IMG/VR virus record: IMGVR_UViG_3300032220_001634
Length of the DNA stretch: 64,000 nt
Direction: 5' to 3' (one strand)
Origin: an uncultured virus (IMG/VR IMGVR_UViG_3300032220_001634)
Lineage: Duplodnaviria; Heunggongvirae; Uroviricota; Caudoviricetes
The position numbers and the translations under genes were made by a program. Under the pieces are notes generated by a model. The model did not search any database, was not told the origin of the DNA, and saw nothing but the letters and a program-made list of their open reading frames with translations. This document shows positions 30,835 to 41,212 of the stretch, piece after piece. The number at the start of each line of letters is the position of its first letter. The stretch's first letter is position 1.

Positions 30835-32883
30835 TTAGAAATTCTTTTTTTTATTTATCTTATATTTAACTGGAACCTGAAGACCCTGATCTTTTTCAGA
30901 ATCATACATTAGAGTCACTGTGCTTCCTTCTGGTATTTTATTTAGAAGCATAAGATCAGCCAAGGTATCCTCTATGTATTTCTGTACTATCCTCTTAATT
31001 GGTCTAGCTCCATACTTAGGATCGAATCCAGTTTCTGCTATGTTCTCTTTTAGATCGTCAGAAACCTTAACCTTGTAGCCCAAAGTTTCAAGTCTAGGAA
31101 TAACTTTAGAAAGTTCAACGTCTAGAATTTTAATAACATCCTCTTTGTTTAGAGTTCTAAAATAAACTATGTCATCGAGACGGTTAATGAACTCAGGTGA
31201 GAACATCTTTTGAAGCTCTTTCTTAATGACTATCTCATTCTCGGATTCTTCTCTTTCGTTCTTAGAAGAGGTTGTGAATCCAACTCCTGTTCCAAAGTCG
31301 TTAAGTTTTCTTTGTCCGATATTAGAGGTGAGAATAATTAGAGTGTTTTTAAAATTGATCTTTCTACCCAATCCATCTGTGATATGTCCCTCGTCAAGAA
31401 TCTGAAGAAGATGATTAAAGATCTCAGGGTGAGCTTTTTCAACCTCGTCGAATAAAACTATCGAATATGGCTTTCTTCTAACCTTTTCTGTTAGTTGTCC
31501 ACCCTCTTCATGACCAACATATCCCGGAGGAGCACCAGTTAATTTAGTAGCATCAAATTTTTCAGAATACTCGCTCATGTCCACCCTGATGACTGCCTCA
31601 GGATCACCAAACATTATATTGGCAAGTTCTTTGGCTAATTGTGTTTTACCAACACCTGTAGGACCTAAGAACATAAACGATCCTATTGGTTTATTAGGAT
31701 CTTTAAGTCCCATGCGGTTTCTTCTGATTGCTCTAGATATCTTTTCTATAGCATGATTCTGACCAATGACTTTTGATTTAAGATCTGATTCTAAATTTAT
31801 AAGCTTTTCGTTCTCTGCTTGAGAAACCTTAATTAAAGGAACTCCTGACATCATAGAAACAACTTCAGCAACCTTCTCACCATCAACAATTTTCTTTTTC
31901 TCCTTCATCTTTCTTTCCCACTCTTTGGTTTCAACCTCAAGTGACGTCATGATCTTTCTCTCCTGATCTCTGTATTTTGCAGCAGCTTCATAATCTTGTT
32001 TATTAACAGCCACCTGTTTATCCTCTCTGACTTTCTCTAAGTTCTTCTCTAAAGTTTTTATAGACTCTGGGATCTTAACATCGCTTAGCTGTGTTCTACT
32101 TCCTGCTTCATCTAGAGCATCTAGTGCTTTATCTGGGAAATTCCTGTCGGTGATGTATCTCTCTGTGAGACTAACACAGTTCTGAATAGCATCGTCAGTG
32201 AACTTCACATTATGATGTTCCTCGTATTTAGATTTAACATTATTAAGAATAAGCAGGGTCGTTTTAGAATCTGGTGGATTTACCATTACCTTTTGAAATC
32301 TTCTTTCTAGAGCTCCGTCTTTTTCTATATTCTGTCTGTATTCGTTTAACGTGGTTGCACCTATGCAATGGATTTCACCTCTAGCAAGAGCGGGCTTAAA
32401 CATATTGGAAGCATCGAGAGAACCAGAGGCACCTCCTGCTCCAACCATAGTGTGGATCTCGTCAATAAAGATAATGATACCTGGATTGTTTCTAAGTTCT
32501 TCTAGAATTGCTTTTATTCTCTCTTCAAACTGTCCTCTGTATTTAGTTCCAGCCACAATCGAGCCAAGATCTAGAGTGAGAATTCTTTTATTTAGAAGTC
32601 CTCTAGAAACTTTTCTTTGCACTATCTTCAGTGCTAATCCCTCTGCAATGGCTGATTTACCAACTCCAGGTTCTCCAATGAGTACTGGGTTGTTTTTCTT
32701 TCTCCGTGAAAGTATTTGTGAGACCCTATCTATTTCTTCATCTCTTCCTATAATAGGATCTAGTTCTCCTCTAGCCGCCATTTCGGTGAGATCCCTAGAG
32801 AAATTATCTAGCGCTGGCGTTTTGCTAGATCCTTTAGATTGATAATTTTGGAATTCTTCTTCTCTTTCTTCTTTGAATGCCAT
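30835..32883 (-). CDS. clpC: ClpC/ClpA-family AAA+ ATPase lacking the N-terminal Clp repeat domain
   Basis: GEPGVGKS and GPTGVGKT Walker A motifs, YEAAAKYRD middle domain, GVGF ClpP-docking loop, GARP. Confidence 0.93.
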   Translation of the reverse strand: MAFKEEREEEFQNYQSKGSSKTPALDNFSRDLTEMAARGELDPIIGRDEEIDRVSQILSRRKKNNPVLIGEPGVGKSAIAEGLALKIVQRKVSRGLLNKRILTLDLGSIVAGTKYRGQFEERIKAILEELRNNPGIIIFIDEIHTMVGAGGASGSLDASNMFKPALARGEIHCIGATTLNEYRQNIEKDGALERRFQKVMVNPPDSKTTLLILNNVKSKYEEHHNVKFTDDAIQNCVSLTERYITDRNFPDKALDALDEAGSRTQLSDVKIPESIKTLEKNLEKVREDKQVAVNKQDYEAAAKYRDQERKIMTSLEVETKEWERKMKEKKKIVDGEKVAEVVSMMSGVPLIKVSQAENEKLINLESDLKSKVIGQNHAIEKISRAIRRNRMGLKDPNKPIGSFMFLGPTGVGKTQLAKELANIMFGDPEAVIRVDMSEYSEKFDATKLTGAPPGYVGHEEGGQLTEKVRRKPYSIVLFDEVEKAHPEIFNHLLQILDEGHITDGLGRKINFKNTLIILTSNIGQRKLNDFGTGVGFTTSSKNEREESENEIVIKKELQKMFSPEFINRLDDIVYFRTLNKEDVIKILDVELSKVIPRLETLGYKVKVSDDLKENIAETGFDPKYGARPIKRIVQKYIEDTLADLMLLNKIPEGSTVTLMYDSEKDQGLQVPVKYKINKKKNF

Positions 32884-32920
32884 GCTTTTAAATGATTTAC
32901 TTGTGAGTAATAATTCTACC

Positions 32921-32953
32921 GCAAAGATAAGGTAAAATTCCGGTATAAAAAAA
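32921..32953 (-). promoter_or_regulatory. Putative early promoter TTTTTTTA-N3-CG-N11-TAnnTTTG
   Basis: One of six identically spaced copies; the 3' box matches the Bacteroidota -7 element. Confidence 0.7.
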
Positions 32954-32980
32954 TAAGCGAGAGGTTTTTCTCTCGCTTAT
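32954..32980 (-). terminator. Intrinsic terminator
   Basis: AATAAGCGAGA/TCTCGCTTATT inverted repeat followed by a T-run on the minus strand. Confidence 0.7.
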
Positions 32981-32988
32981 TCAATTTA

Positions 32989-35613
32989 TTATTGATAAAG
33001 TGGGATCCAGAATGTTCCCGCTTGCATTATAATCTTACGCCAAGAAACTGGTGTTGTTGTATTAGTTGGAGTTGTACCATCAGATATAACTATCGGAAGT
33101 TCCCCGCTTCCATTTGTCACCTTTGCGTAAACATCACCCGTTAGATTAACTGTATCTGTTCTAAATTGGTAAGTACCATTAGAGAATGACATTTGACCTG
33201 GTCCCGTTGCAGAGGCAGATCTACCTAAAAGAACGACATTATCGTGGGTGTTAAAATATCCGGACTGATATCCAGCAGCTACAACGTTATCCCCCGTGTT
33301 AGACCTTCCTGAATCATATCCCGCCGCTAAAACGTTATCCCCCGTGTTAAGCCTTCCTGAACTAGATCCGAATGCTAAGACATTACTTCCCGAGCCAAAC
33401 GCACCACTATATTGGCCGATTAGTGCGGAGTCTGTGAAAACAGATTCACGGGCAGATCCGAATCCTATAGCAACCACATTATTCCCCGTCCCTCCGTAAT
33501 GTGAGTCTGTTCCTATCGCGTTAACGTTAGATCCGGTTGCACTGTAAAATGAACTTTTTCCAATCGCATTAATATCGTTTCCGTAAGAACTCGAACCAGA
33601 ACCATAACCGATATAGTTAGATTCTTGTCCATAAATAAGATTGCTACCAGAGCCACTACCGATAGTAACTATAGCATTTCCGGTGGAAGAATGGCCGGAA
33701 CCTGATCCAATCATTATGGAATTTTGTGTGTTTGAATACTGTGCAGCATATGTACCGATAGCAACCGCATCCGAGCCGGTTGCTCCTTGGTATGATGCAA
33801 CACCCATAGCATTTACATAATCACCATAACCTGCGTATCCGCTATTGCTTCCTATTAGATTAATCTGTGTCCCTCCTAGATAGCTGTAACCTGCCTGCTG
33901 TCCAATGGCAGCTAGCCAACTTGATTTATTTTGGGTTGCACTGCTTTCTCCAATAGCGATGACCTGATCTCCTTCGTTTAAGGATGCACTAGATGATCCG
34001 ATTGCAACAACTGAATCTCCTTTATTATAACCGGCACTACCGTCACCAATTGCAGAAATGGTATTTCCTATAGAGGATTGTCCTGCCGCGTTTCCTATAA
34101 AATTTAACCCACTTCCGCTCGCTCCCTGACCTGTACTAGTTCCTATAAGATTAGAAAAAGGTGTTCCGTTAGAAGTTGCAAATGCCACCTGTTTACCAGC
34201 GAATTGACCTATGTAATTAGAGCCGTTTCCGCTCGCACCATAACCTGCTTCCTGTCCTATATAATTAGAGCTATTCCCACCTGCATATGTTCCTGCTTGA
34301 ACTCCTATGAGATTTGAATTATTTCCCGTATAACTAAGACCAGTAGTATATCCCATATAGATTGAGTCCGAACCAGATGCTCCTTGTCCAGGCAGGTAAC
34401 CTATAGAAATGCCCCGAGTAACATAAGTAGCTCCTGCAAATGAGTTATATCCCATTGCTATAACACCGGGTCCTTGAAATATCCCACTCCCGGCCATACG
34501 TCCGATTGAAATTACATCATCTTCGCTTACTGCGTAACCTGCTTGATTCCCTATAGACACCGAGTAATCTCCAGTTGAAGCCTGACCAGCTAAATTACCT
34601 ATCGAAATCTTCTCATTTCCTCCCTCGAGATATCCAGCATACTGCCCGATTGAAACTTTACTATTTCCCGATGCCCCGTAATTAGCTTGTTGTCCAATAG
34701 AAACCACACCGCTTCCGGAAGCACCATAAAAAGACTCTCTTCCGATAGAAACGACATTATTCGAGTATGTTGAATACGCGCTAGCATATTGTCCTATAGA
34801 TACTGTATTAGTCGCCTGAATAACCGGCTGATTAAATTCGTTTGCGTATTTACCAACCGAGATGTTGTAAGTCCCGTTTTCGAAGGTGTTTGCATTTTCA
34901 CCTAGAGTTAGGTTGCTCTTATGTTGATCCCAGTAAAAGACACCAGAGTTAAGTATTATTGGATTAGATCCGGTGTTACCTACGTTTAATACGCTGAAAA
35001 GATTCTGAGATGAAGTGATTCCACTTGTCCCAGATGATCCCGTGCTTCCACTAGTTCCTGAAGAGCCATTAGATCCTGATGTTCCGCTGCTACCTGAAGA
35101 GCCAGTGCTTCCACTAGATCCTGAACTTCCGCTAGAGCCCGAAGTCCCAGAGGATCCTGTGCTTCCACTAGTTCCTGAAGATCCATTAGATCCTGATGTT
35201 CCACTGCTACCCGAGGATCCAGTGCTTCCACTAGATCCTGAACTTCCACTAGAACCTGAAGTTCCAGATGATCCCGTGCTTCCGCTGGATCCTGAAGAAC
35301 CATTAGACCCTGAAGTTCCGCTAGAACCAGAGCTTCCACTAGATCCAGATGTGCCTGCTGAGCCTGACGATCCGGAAGATCCGCTGCTACCCGAAGATCC
35401 GTTTGGCGGTCCGGTCGGTCCTATTGGTCCTATTGGTCCTTGTGGACCTGTTATACCTGTGTAGTAATCAAGTGCAGACCATGGACTTTGTCCGTCTCCG
35501 ATCTTTATTCTACCGGTATCGATTTCGTATCCCGGCTCTCCTGACATTAAAACTGGATCGTTATAGTTCCAGTTTAACAGGTAATCTCTTCTGAGTAATA
35601 TTCTATAAGGCAT
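32989..35613 (-). CDS. Tail fibre/adhesin: Mtd-like N-terminus, Gly-Ser-Ser repeats, YadA/Hep-Hag-like ~14-aa beta-roll repeats
   Basis: RILLRRD...GEPGYEIDTGRIKIGDG; (GSS/GTS)n; repeated S/AIGxxAG. Confidence 0.85.
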   Translation of the reverse strand: MPYRILLRRDYLLNWNYNDPVLMSGEPGYEIDTGRIKIGDGQSPWSALDYYTGITGPQGPIGPIGPTGPPNGSSGSSGSSGSSGSAGTSGSSGSSGSSGTSGSNGSSGSSGSTGSSGTSGSSGSSGSSGSTGSSGSSGTSGSNGSSGTSGSTGSSGTSGSSGSSGSSGSTGSSGSSGTSGSNGSSGTSGSTGSSGTSGITSSQNLFSVLNVGNTGSNPIILNSGVFYWDQHKSNLTLGENANTFENGTYNISVGKYANEFNQPVIQATNTVSIGQYASAYSTYSNNVVSIGRESFYGASGSGVVSIGQQANYGASGNSKVSIGQYAGYLEGGNEKISIGNLAGQASTGDYSVSIGNQAGYAVSEDDVISIGRMAGSGIFQGPGVIAMGYNSFAGATYVTRGISIGYLPGQGASGSDSIYMGYTTGLSYTGNNSNLIGVQAGTYAGGNSSNYIGQEAGYGASGNGSNYIGQFAGKQVAFATSNGTPFSNLIGTSTGQGASGSGLNFIGNAAGQSSIGNTISAIGDGSAGYNKGDSVVAIGSSSASLNEGDQVIAIGESSATQNKSSWLAAIGQQAGYSYLGGTQINLIGSNSGYAGYGDYVNAMGVASYQGATGSDAVAIGTYAAQYSNTQNSIMIGSGSGHSSTGNAIVTIGSGSGSNLIYGQESNYIGYGSGSSSYGNDINAIGKSSFYSATGSNVNAIGTDSHYGGTGNNVVAIGFGSARESVFTDSALIGQYSGAFGSGSNVLAFGSSSGRLNTGDNVLAAGYDSGRSNTGDNVVAAGYQSGYFNTHDNVVLLGRSASATGPGQMSFSNGTYQFRTDTVNLTGDVYAKVTNGSGELPIVISDGTTPTNTTTPVSWRKIIMQAGTFWIPLYQ

Positions 35614-35790
35614 CTATATGGGTGATATATTTAGTAGTATATATCTTTATCATTTGACGCTAGATCCCACTAGAAAGAAAGCAATCCCTCCATAAAATTA
35701 ATTCTAAAGCCGTTTATTTGCTAAATTTTAATGTTTACGCCTACTGGAAATACTTTCTTAATCTAACTCTTGGCTCCTCTAAATCGAGAT

Positions 35791-36195
35791 TTATGATATC
35801 CTTATTCTAAGTGCGCCATTATTATGGTAAACACCTCCGGTTGGGACTCCTTTAGCAGATGCAGCAGAATCATTCGCACAATCAAGATAAGCATAATTTG
35901 AGAGAATGAAAAAACTCGTCCCCGTTGGTCCACTAATTGTCTGTGAATCATAGAAAGTATTAGCACCAGTTACAGCATAGTCTGTTGGCATAGGTCCAGT
36001 TGCACCAGCAGGACCAGTTGCTCCCTGAGATCCAGTTGCTCCAGCTGCTCCAGCTGCTCCAGTCGCTCCCTGAGATCCGGTTGCTCCTGTTGTTCCAGCA
36101 ATAGGCGTACCGTTTGCTATAATGTTTCCGGTAATATTGATAGACCCGGTTGCCCCGTTTAAGGACTCTATTGTATTTACTCTTAAAAGACTCAT
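35791..36195 (-). CDS. Small collagen-like fibre protein
   Basis: GAT/GSQ/GAA triplets. Confidence 0.7.
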   Translation of the reverse strand: MSLLRVNTIESLNGATGSINITGNIIANGTPIAGTTGATGSQGATGAAGAAGATGSQGATGPAGATGPMPTDYAVTGANTFYDSQTISGPTGTSFFILSNYAYLDCANDSAASAKGVPTGGVYHNNGALRIRIS

Positions 36196-36217
36196 TTTCT
36201 TTGATTTTTTTATATTT

Positions 36218-36640
36218 TTATAATATGGCCAATACCGAAGATCCTGTTAATCCTATAGATCCAGTTATTGTGATTGGTCCTATTAATGCTGCGTTATATC
36301 CGTCGGGTATAGTGATATTGCCGACGAATATTTGAGGGTTCATAAGAACTCCACCTGTTATGCTAACCATTCCGTTTATAGTCTGATCACCATAAAACTC
36401 GTTAGATCCCGTTGAAGCATATCCAACAGGTAGAGGTCCAGTAGGTCCGGAAGGTCCAACTGGACCAACTGGTCCAGTAGCGCCAATGTAATAATCGAGA
36501 TTCGTCCATAAAGTTACCCCGTCTCCAATCTTGAGTTTACCAGTATCCGTTTCATATCCAGGTTCACCTGAGGCTAAAACCGGATTGTTTTGCTCCCAAT
36601 TAGAGGATGTATCTCGTCTTAATAATATTCTATAAGCCAT
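36218..36640 (-). CDS. Small fibre protein with Mtd-like N-terminus and short collagen stretch
   Basis: RILLRRDTSSNW...GEPGYETDTGKLKIGDG; GPV/GPS/GPT triplets. Confidence 0.75.
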   Translation of the reverse strand: MAYRILLRRDTSSNWEQNNPVLASGEPGYETDTGKLKIGDGVTLWTNLDYYIGATGPVGPVGPSGPTGPLPVGYASTGSNEFYGDQTINGMVSITGGVLMNPQIFVGNITIPDGYNAALIGPITITGSIGLTGSSVLAIL

Positions 36641-36679
36641 TTTTTAAGCTTTATTTCTAGTGTATATATTCAAACTTTG

Positions 36680-37435
36680 CTATTTTTTATAGATGAAAAC
36701 TAAAGAAACTCTGCTATCCGTAGGTTTAATTCCTGGATTAACTCGAGAACCTAATGTAAAGGTCCAAGTTTCGTGTGAAATCCCGACAGATACTGTTTTT
36801 GATATTTTTTTAGAGATCTCAACATAAGTTGTTAAATTTAGATTTTTTCCGTACAAAAAAGAGGATTCGGACCAAATAGCCGGTTGGTATAAAACAACAG
36901 AATTAATCAAGAACCCAGGTAGACTTAATGATAAATTCTCCCTAAAGCTTGCTCTCACGTTTTTAATCTCTCGGTCAGACAATGTTGTTCTGTCATAAAG
37001 AGCAGCTATAGAAGAGCTTGATTTAATTCGTTTACTGGATATGCTTTTCTTTATTCCAACTCCTCCTGCGATTCTAAGATCAATTCTTTTTGAGTAGGAG
37101 TGTTCAATATCACCAAAAGCTATTATGCTATAATTCTTTCTTAATTCTCTCCATCCGAAAAGGTCGCTTCTAAAATCTTCCGATTTCTTAACCATTTTAT
37201 TATCCGTGCTTCCGGTATACAATAAAAAGTAATCTGGTGACAATATAAGCCCATGTTTAGAACTAGATCCTTGGTATGAAATGCTTGACTTTGAAGATAT
37301 CTGAAAACTTGAAGAATTTCCAGTGTTCATGTTACCGCCTAAAGAGATATTGTCTATTTTAAGAGTGTCTTGAGCTTTTAGATGAAATGCTGCAAACAGG
37401 AAGAATAAGATAATTGGGTTTTTCATTTTTTTCAT
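36680..37435 (-). CDS. Secreted outer-membrane beta-barrel (DUF481-like)
   Basis: Signal peptide, GGNMNTGNS, alternating beta-strands, C-terminal aromatic residues. Confidence 0.55.
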   Translation of the reverse strand: MKKMKNPIILFFLFAAFHLKAQDTLKIDNISLGGNMNTGNSSSFQISSKSSISYQGSSSKHGLILSPDYFLLYTGSTDNKMVKKSEDFRSDLFGWRELRKNYSIIAFGDIEHSYSKRIDLRIAGGVGIKKSISSKRIKSSSSIAALYDRTTLSDREIKNVRASFRENLSLSLPGFLINSVVLYQPAIWSESSFLYGKNLNLTTYVEISKKISKTVSVGISHETWTFTLGSRVNPGIKPTDSRVSLVFIYKK

Positions 37436-37441
37436 TTTATA

Positions 37442-39133
37442 TTAGAATGACACCTGGCCAGAATATCCCGGAGATATTAGATAATAATTGGCTGTTCCTC
37501 CGCTTACGGGAGAATTTATTGTTATTGATGAAACACCAGGATATGCGAGTTTAAGATTCGATGACTGATTCTTTATTGTATTATATTGCGTGGTTGTTAA
37601 ATAGATTGAGGTAGGACTACTGATCCAGTTAGAGAAAATCCCCCATCTCTTAAAGTTTAGATAGCTGGCATCTGAAATTCTAACATATCCGTCTCCGTTC
37701 AAATCGTACATATAATAATGAAGTCCATTGAAAGGAGTTCTAGAAAGTAGAACGTCTAATAGACTAATGATATCAGTTGTCCCTAAATTCGATACAGGAG
37801 TTGGAGCATCGAATTGAATATACCATTCAGTTGCTGGATTTGTCGATTGTGAAAAACTATAATATCCCGACGAATTTGTGTAGACGGTTTGAAATAAAAC
37901 CCAAGAGGTATAACCAACAATATAATCAAATTCAATAACATAAGGGAGTGAACTGTTTGCAAGATCGTTCCATTTTCCTCCACTTACGAATTGAGTATAA
38001 TCCTCATTTCCCGAGTTATTAGGTTCACCTGGATTCCAATTAGAATATTGGTTCGCTCTATATCGATAAGCATAAAGATTAAATGTTCTATCGATTTCAT
38101 CAACCGTAATTGCTCTATCAAAAAATTGAATAAGACCTAATCTAAATGACCCGTAGGCACCGGAACCCATGTTTGTAGCATCATTTAAACCAAAAGCAAA
38201 ATGCTGTTGTCCATTACCTCCGTGTAAAAAAGCTGCTTGACGTGAAAAGTTAATACTACCAAAACTTACATTATTAAGATAACCTCTCATTGTAGTACCA
38301 TCATAAGTAACACAAACCATATTCCATGTATTCAGAGTAATTGGGGTACTTAATTGAACAATTCCATTGCTGCTACTCCAAAGTCCAACTCTTAGAGTAT
38401 TACTCCCTGTAATTTCTATGATTGACTCGTGCCAACTGGATGAAGGATTTGGTATATTTAATTCCGAAGCAATAACACCATTACCCGTAGGATAAACCCA
38501 AGCAACTACAGATATTGCGGTTGAAGAAAATTTTGATGCTAGGTTGTTTGTAATTGCATATTGGTTAGACCCATTAAATGCTAGATATTTTCCTCCTGTA
38601 CTAGAATAGGTTGGTGTATTATACAGAGTAGCATTGATACCTGAAGTGATATCAGTTAATGTAGTACCCGATGAATATGAGGATACGTCATAATCAGCGT
38701 CCAATCCGCTAGTAACCTTAGACTCTGTCCATCTATATCCACCCAAAGGCTCCGAATATGTGTATCCTGCAACTTTATCTTGATAATATCCAATCCAGCC
38801 AGAAGGCCAAGTATTAAATAAGAAATTATTTTCTGCTGCATTAGATACTGTGGCCAAGTGTCCGCTCATATTCTCGCATGCAGTTTTTGCATCCGTCCAT
38901 GTCATACTACCAGTGGATCTATAATACGAATGTCCGTTATAATTTGTTTGTGAAGTGAAACCTGTTAAAGTTGGTGTAGTTCTTTTATACAGTTTAACCG
39001 GAACATTTACAGCTCCTGTTCCGTTTGCGTTATAAATGTAACCAGAGTATGTAAAGTTTTGTGCATCTACTATCTCAGCATACACACAGAATATAAGTAA
39101 AAATACAGAAATAAGTTTTTCTCTCATTTTCAA
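37442..39133 (-). CDS. Secreted protein: C-type lectin domain interrupted by a LamG/ConA-like domain, with C-terminal dockerin-like motif
   Basis: YNGHSYY..TWTDAKTAC...WIG, then LamG (WNMVCVTYDG), then WNPGEPNN...WND; DLNGDGYVRISD. Confidence 0.75.
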   Translation of the reverse strand: MKMREKLISVFLLIFCVYAEIVDAQNFTYSGYIYNANGTGAVNVPVKLYKRTTPTLTGFTSQTNYNGHSYYRSTGSMTWTDAKTACENMSGHLATVSNAAENNFLFNTWPSGWIGYYQDKVAGYTYSEPLGGYRWTESKVTSGLDADYDVSSYSSGTTLTDITSGINATLYNTPTYSSTGGKYLAFNGSNQYAITNNLASKFSSTAISVVAWVYPTGNGVIASELNIPNPSSSWHESIIEITGSNTLRVGLWSSSNGIVQLSTPITLNTWNMVCVTYDGTTMRGYLNNVSFGSINFSRQAAFLHGGNGQQHFAFGLNDATNMGSGAYGSFRLGLIQFFDRAITVDEIDRTFNLYAYRYRANQYSNWNPGEPNNSGNEDYTQFVSGGKWNDLANSSLPYVIEFDYIVGYTSWVLFQTVYTNSSGYYSFSQSTNPATEWYIQFDAPTPVSNLGTTDIISLLDVLLSRTPFNGLHYYMYDLNGDGYVRISDASYLNFKRWGIFSNWISSPTSIYLTTTQYNTIKNQSSNLKLAYPGVSSITINSPVSGGTANYYLISPGYSGQVSF

Positions 39134-39136
39134 TTC

Positions 39137-39580
39137 TTACATTTTAGAAACTGCATCAATGATGCTTTTTTTAATCGCACTTGCGAATGTTGTTTTTTCA
39201 AATGGTAAATTCTCATCCTTTAATTCTATCAAAGTTGATTTTACTGTTGATTTAGCTTTACCTTCCCCAACATAATCTATTCCCTCCTTTGTGATTTTAA
39301 CTTTGATAATTGTCTCCTTTTTAATTGCTGTAAATGGGCCAACAGAAACACCGGTCTGAGGAGCTTCTATACTAAGTATTTCTACTGAGATCTGAGATCC
39401 ATTTTTGCAAAGAGAAAATTTCTCTGATAAAACCTCTTCCGTTATTTGTTTTATACCAAATAGAATTCTCTCCTTTTTCATTTCAGGAGCTTCTGCTGAT
39501 GATTTAACAGACACAACTTCATAACAAGGATCTGTAAATGACATTAGAAATAGTGGTAAGATTAAAAATAGTTTTTTCAT
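39137..39580 (-). CDS. Secreted hypothetical protein
   Basis: Signal peptide; C-terminus (VGEGKA...FASAIKKSI) resembles the neighbouring CsgG-like protein. Confidence 0.55.
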   Translation of the reverse strand: MKKLFLILPLFLMSFTDPCYEVVSVKSSAEAPEMKKERILFGIKQITEEVLSEKFSLCKNGSQISVEILSIEAPQTGVSVGPFTAIKKETIIKVKITKEGIDYVGEGKAKSTVKSTLIELKDENLPFEKTTFASAIKKSIIDAVSKM

Positions 39581-39595
39581 TTTATTTTTTATTTT

Positions 39596-41212
39596 TTATA
39601 GCATTAATTTGCCTCCGGTTAAAACCTGGTAATTCAACATGTTTTTCCCAACCTGATAAACCCCGGATAAACTCATATTAAATTTGAATTTTTTAGTTAT
39701 CGAATAATCCCAAGAACTAAAAGGAACAACTAAGAAGTTGCTATCCCACCATCTACCGTCATAAAAACGAGTGAATGGAGAATATACAGTTAAACATAAT
39801 ATAGAACCAGATACTTTGCTATTAATTTTAAAAGAATAGAAACCTCCACCAACAGCAGAGAGGTTGGTAAATTTAGTTTCTCCTAAATTCCCTATGGTAT
39901 AATTCACACCACTCATGATCGTTAATTTTTTCCAATTTCCGCCCTTAAATCTTTTAGATGCTAAGACCGTTGATGTGTTAAAGAAATCTCTGTCGAAATT
40001 AACCATGGATGAATTGGCACCTATCATGGTTATGCTAGACTTAGGAAGAACCCAAGCCCTATACAGGGTGAGATTGCTATTTTTTACTTGAGTTGTGAAA
40101 TTACCAAGTACACCAAAAACTCTTGTTGAGTTAGTGTTTGCTCTAGTTATACTCATTGTAAACCTGAGCTGATTTTTAGCAGATGGATCCTCCGCACTTT
40201 TTAAAACAACCACATCGCCATTTCCTATTAGTGATCCGGTTTTAGATCTGCTGCTTCCCTTGCTCTTTCCATTACCTCCTGAAGAATTATCCTCTGCATT
40301 TGAAATGGAATTAGAGATACCGTTAGAAGCTCCGCCTCCGCTAGATTTTGATTTATCCTCGTCCTGTGTTGTTACTGTGTTTTGCTGTCCGTTCGGTTTT
40401 TCTTGATTGCTTTGAGCAGTTCCACCACTTGATCCCGAACCACCTCCTTGATTACTGCCGTTCTGACCCGAATTAGATGAACCAGAGTTTCCGGTAGATC
40501 CTGCTGTTGAATTCCCTGTGCCTGTAGAGCCAGTGCCAGTAGATCCTCCATTATTTGTTCCGGTTCCCTGTCCCTGAGATTGATTAGGGCTTGCTCCACC
40601 TTGGCCAGTATTTCCGCTACCTGTAGTCTGTCCCTGTGTTGTTGATCCTGGGGTTCCGTTTCCTGCTGTTTGTCCTTGACTTGGTCCACCTTGAGTTCCT
40701 GACTGCACAGATCCTTGATTTCCGTTTGCCCCTGCTTGGCTAGAAGCTCCGTTTCCGTTTGATTTATTTTTTCCATTTTTTACGTTTCCGTTTGATGTAC
40801 CAGATCCGCCATTTTCACTGTTAGTTACGCTGTTGCCCAGACCGGTGCTTAGTGCACTCATTCCCTGAACCATAGATGAGATAGCAGTAACGTTTACCAC
40901 AGTGGAAATCACATTTTGTGTGATGACCATATTAACATTATTGGTCAGAACCGTCGTTATCTCTCCGCACGGTTTGCCAGAATTTACCTGAGCTATTGAA
41001 GACATCCATGAGCTAAAAACACCACTATTGAAGTCATTAGCATTGAAAGAACTAACGTTACCGTAGTAGTTTACTGTTATATTGTTTTGTCCATAAGGTA
41101 TCGTTATGGTCTTGTATTTGCCCGTACAAGGCTCTATGTATGTATATGAGTAGCTCTGGCCTTTTACAGCCATAAATGCAATAGTTAATATAATAGTTAA
41201 GAGAAATCTCAT
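39596..41212 (-). CDS. Secreted protein with G/S/N/Q low-complexity linker and C-terminal beta-barrel-like region
   Basis: Signal peptide; amphipathic beta-strands in the C-terminal ~210 aa. Confidence 0.55.
   Translation of the reverse strand: MRFLLTIILTIAFMAVKGQSYSYTYIEPCTGKYKTITIPYGQNNITVNYYGNVSSFNANDFNSGVFSSWMSSIAQVNSGKPCGEITTVLTNNVNMVITQNVISTVVNVTAISSMVQGMSALSTGLGNSVTNSENGGSGTSNGNVKNGKNKSNGNGASSQAGANGNQGSVQSGTQGGPSQGQTAGNGTPGSTTQGQTTGSGNTGQGGASPNQSQGQGTGTNNGGSTGTGSTGTGNSTAGSTGNSGSSNSGQNGSNQGGGSGSSGGTAQSNQEKPNGQQNTVTTQDEDKSKSSGGGASNGISNSISNAEDNSSGGNGKSKGSSRSKTGSLIGNGDVVVLKSAEDPSAKNQLRFTMSITRANTNSTRVFGVLGNFTTQVKNSNLTLYRAWVLPKSSITMIGANSSMVNFDRDFFNTSTVLASKRFKGGNWKKLTIMSGVNYTIGNLGETKFTNLSAVGGGFYSFKINSKVSGSILCLTVYSPFTRFYDGRWWDSNFLVVPFSSWDYSITKKFKFNMSLSGVYQVGKNMLNYQVLTGGKLML

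Noticed and set aside
32351..32842. Plus-strand 163-aa ORF and similar antisense ORFs within helicase, UvsX, glnA and 55225-55650
   Set aside because: Antisense shadows of well-supported conserved genes.
14574..32883. Bacterial chromosome origin (LPS locus, clpC, rpsU)
   Set aside because: Interspersed with T4-like gp41/46/47/UvsX/gp15 genes, fibre genes and phage-style promoters; best explained as a large phage.
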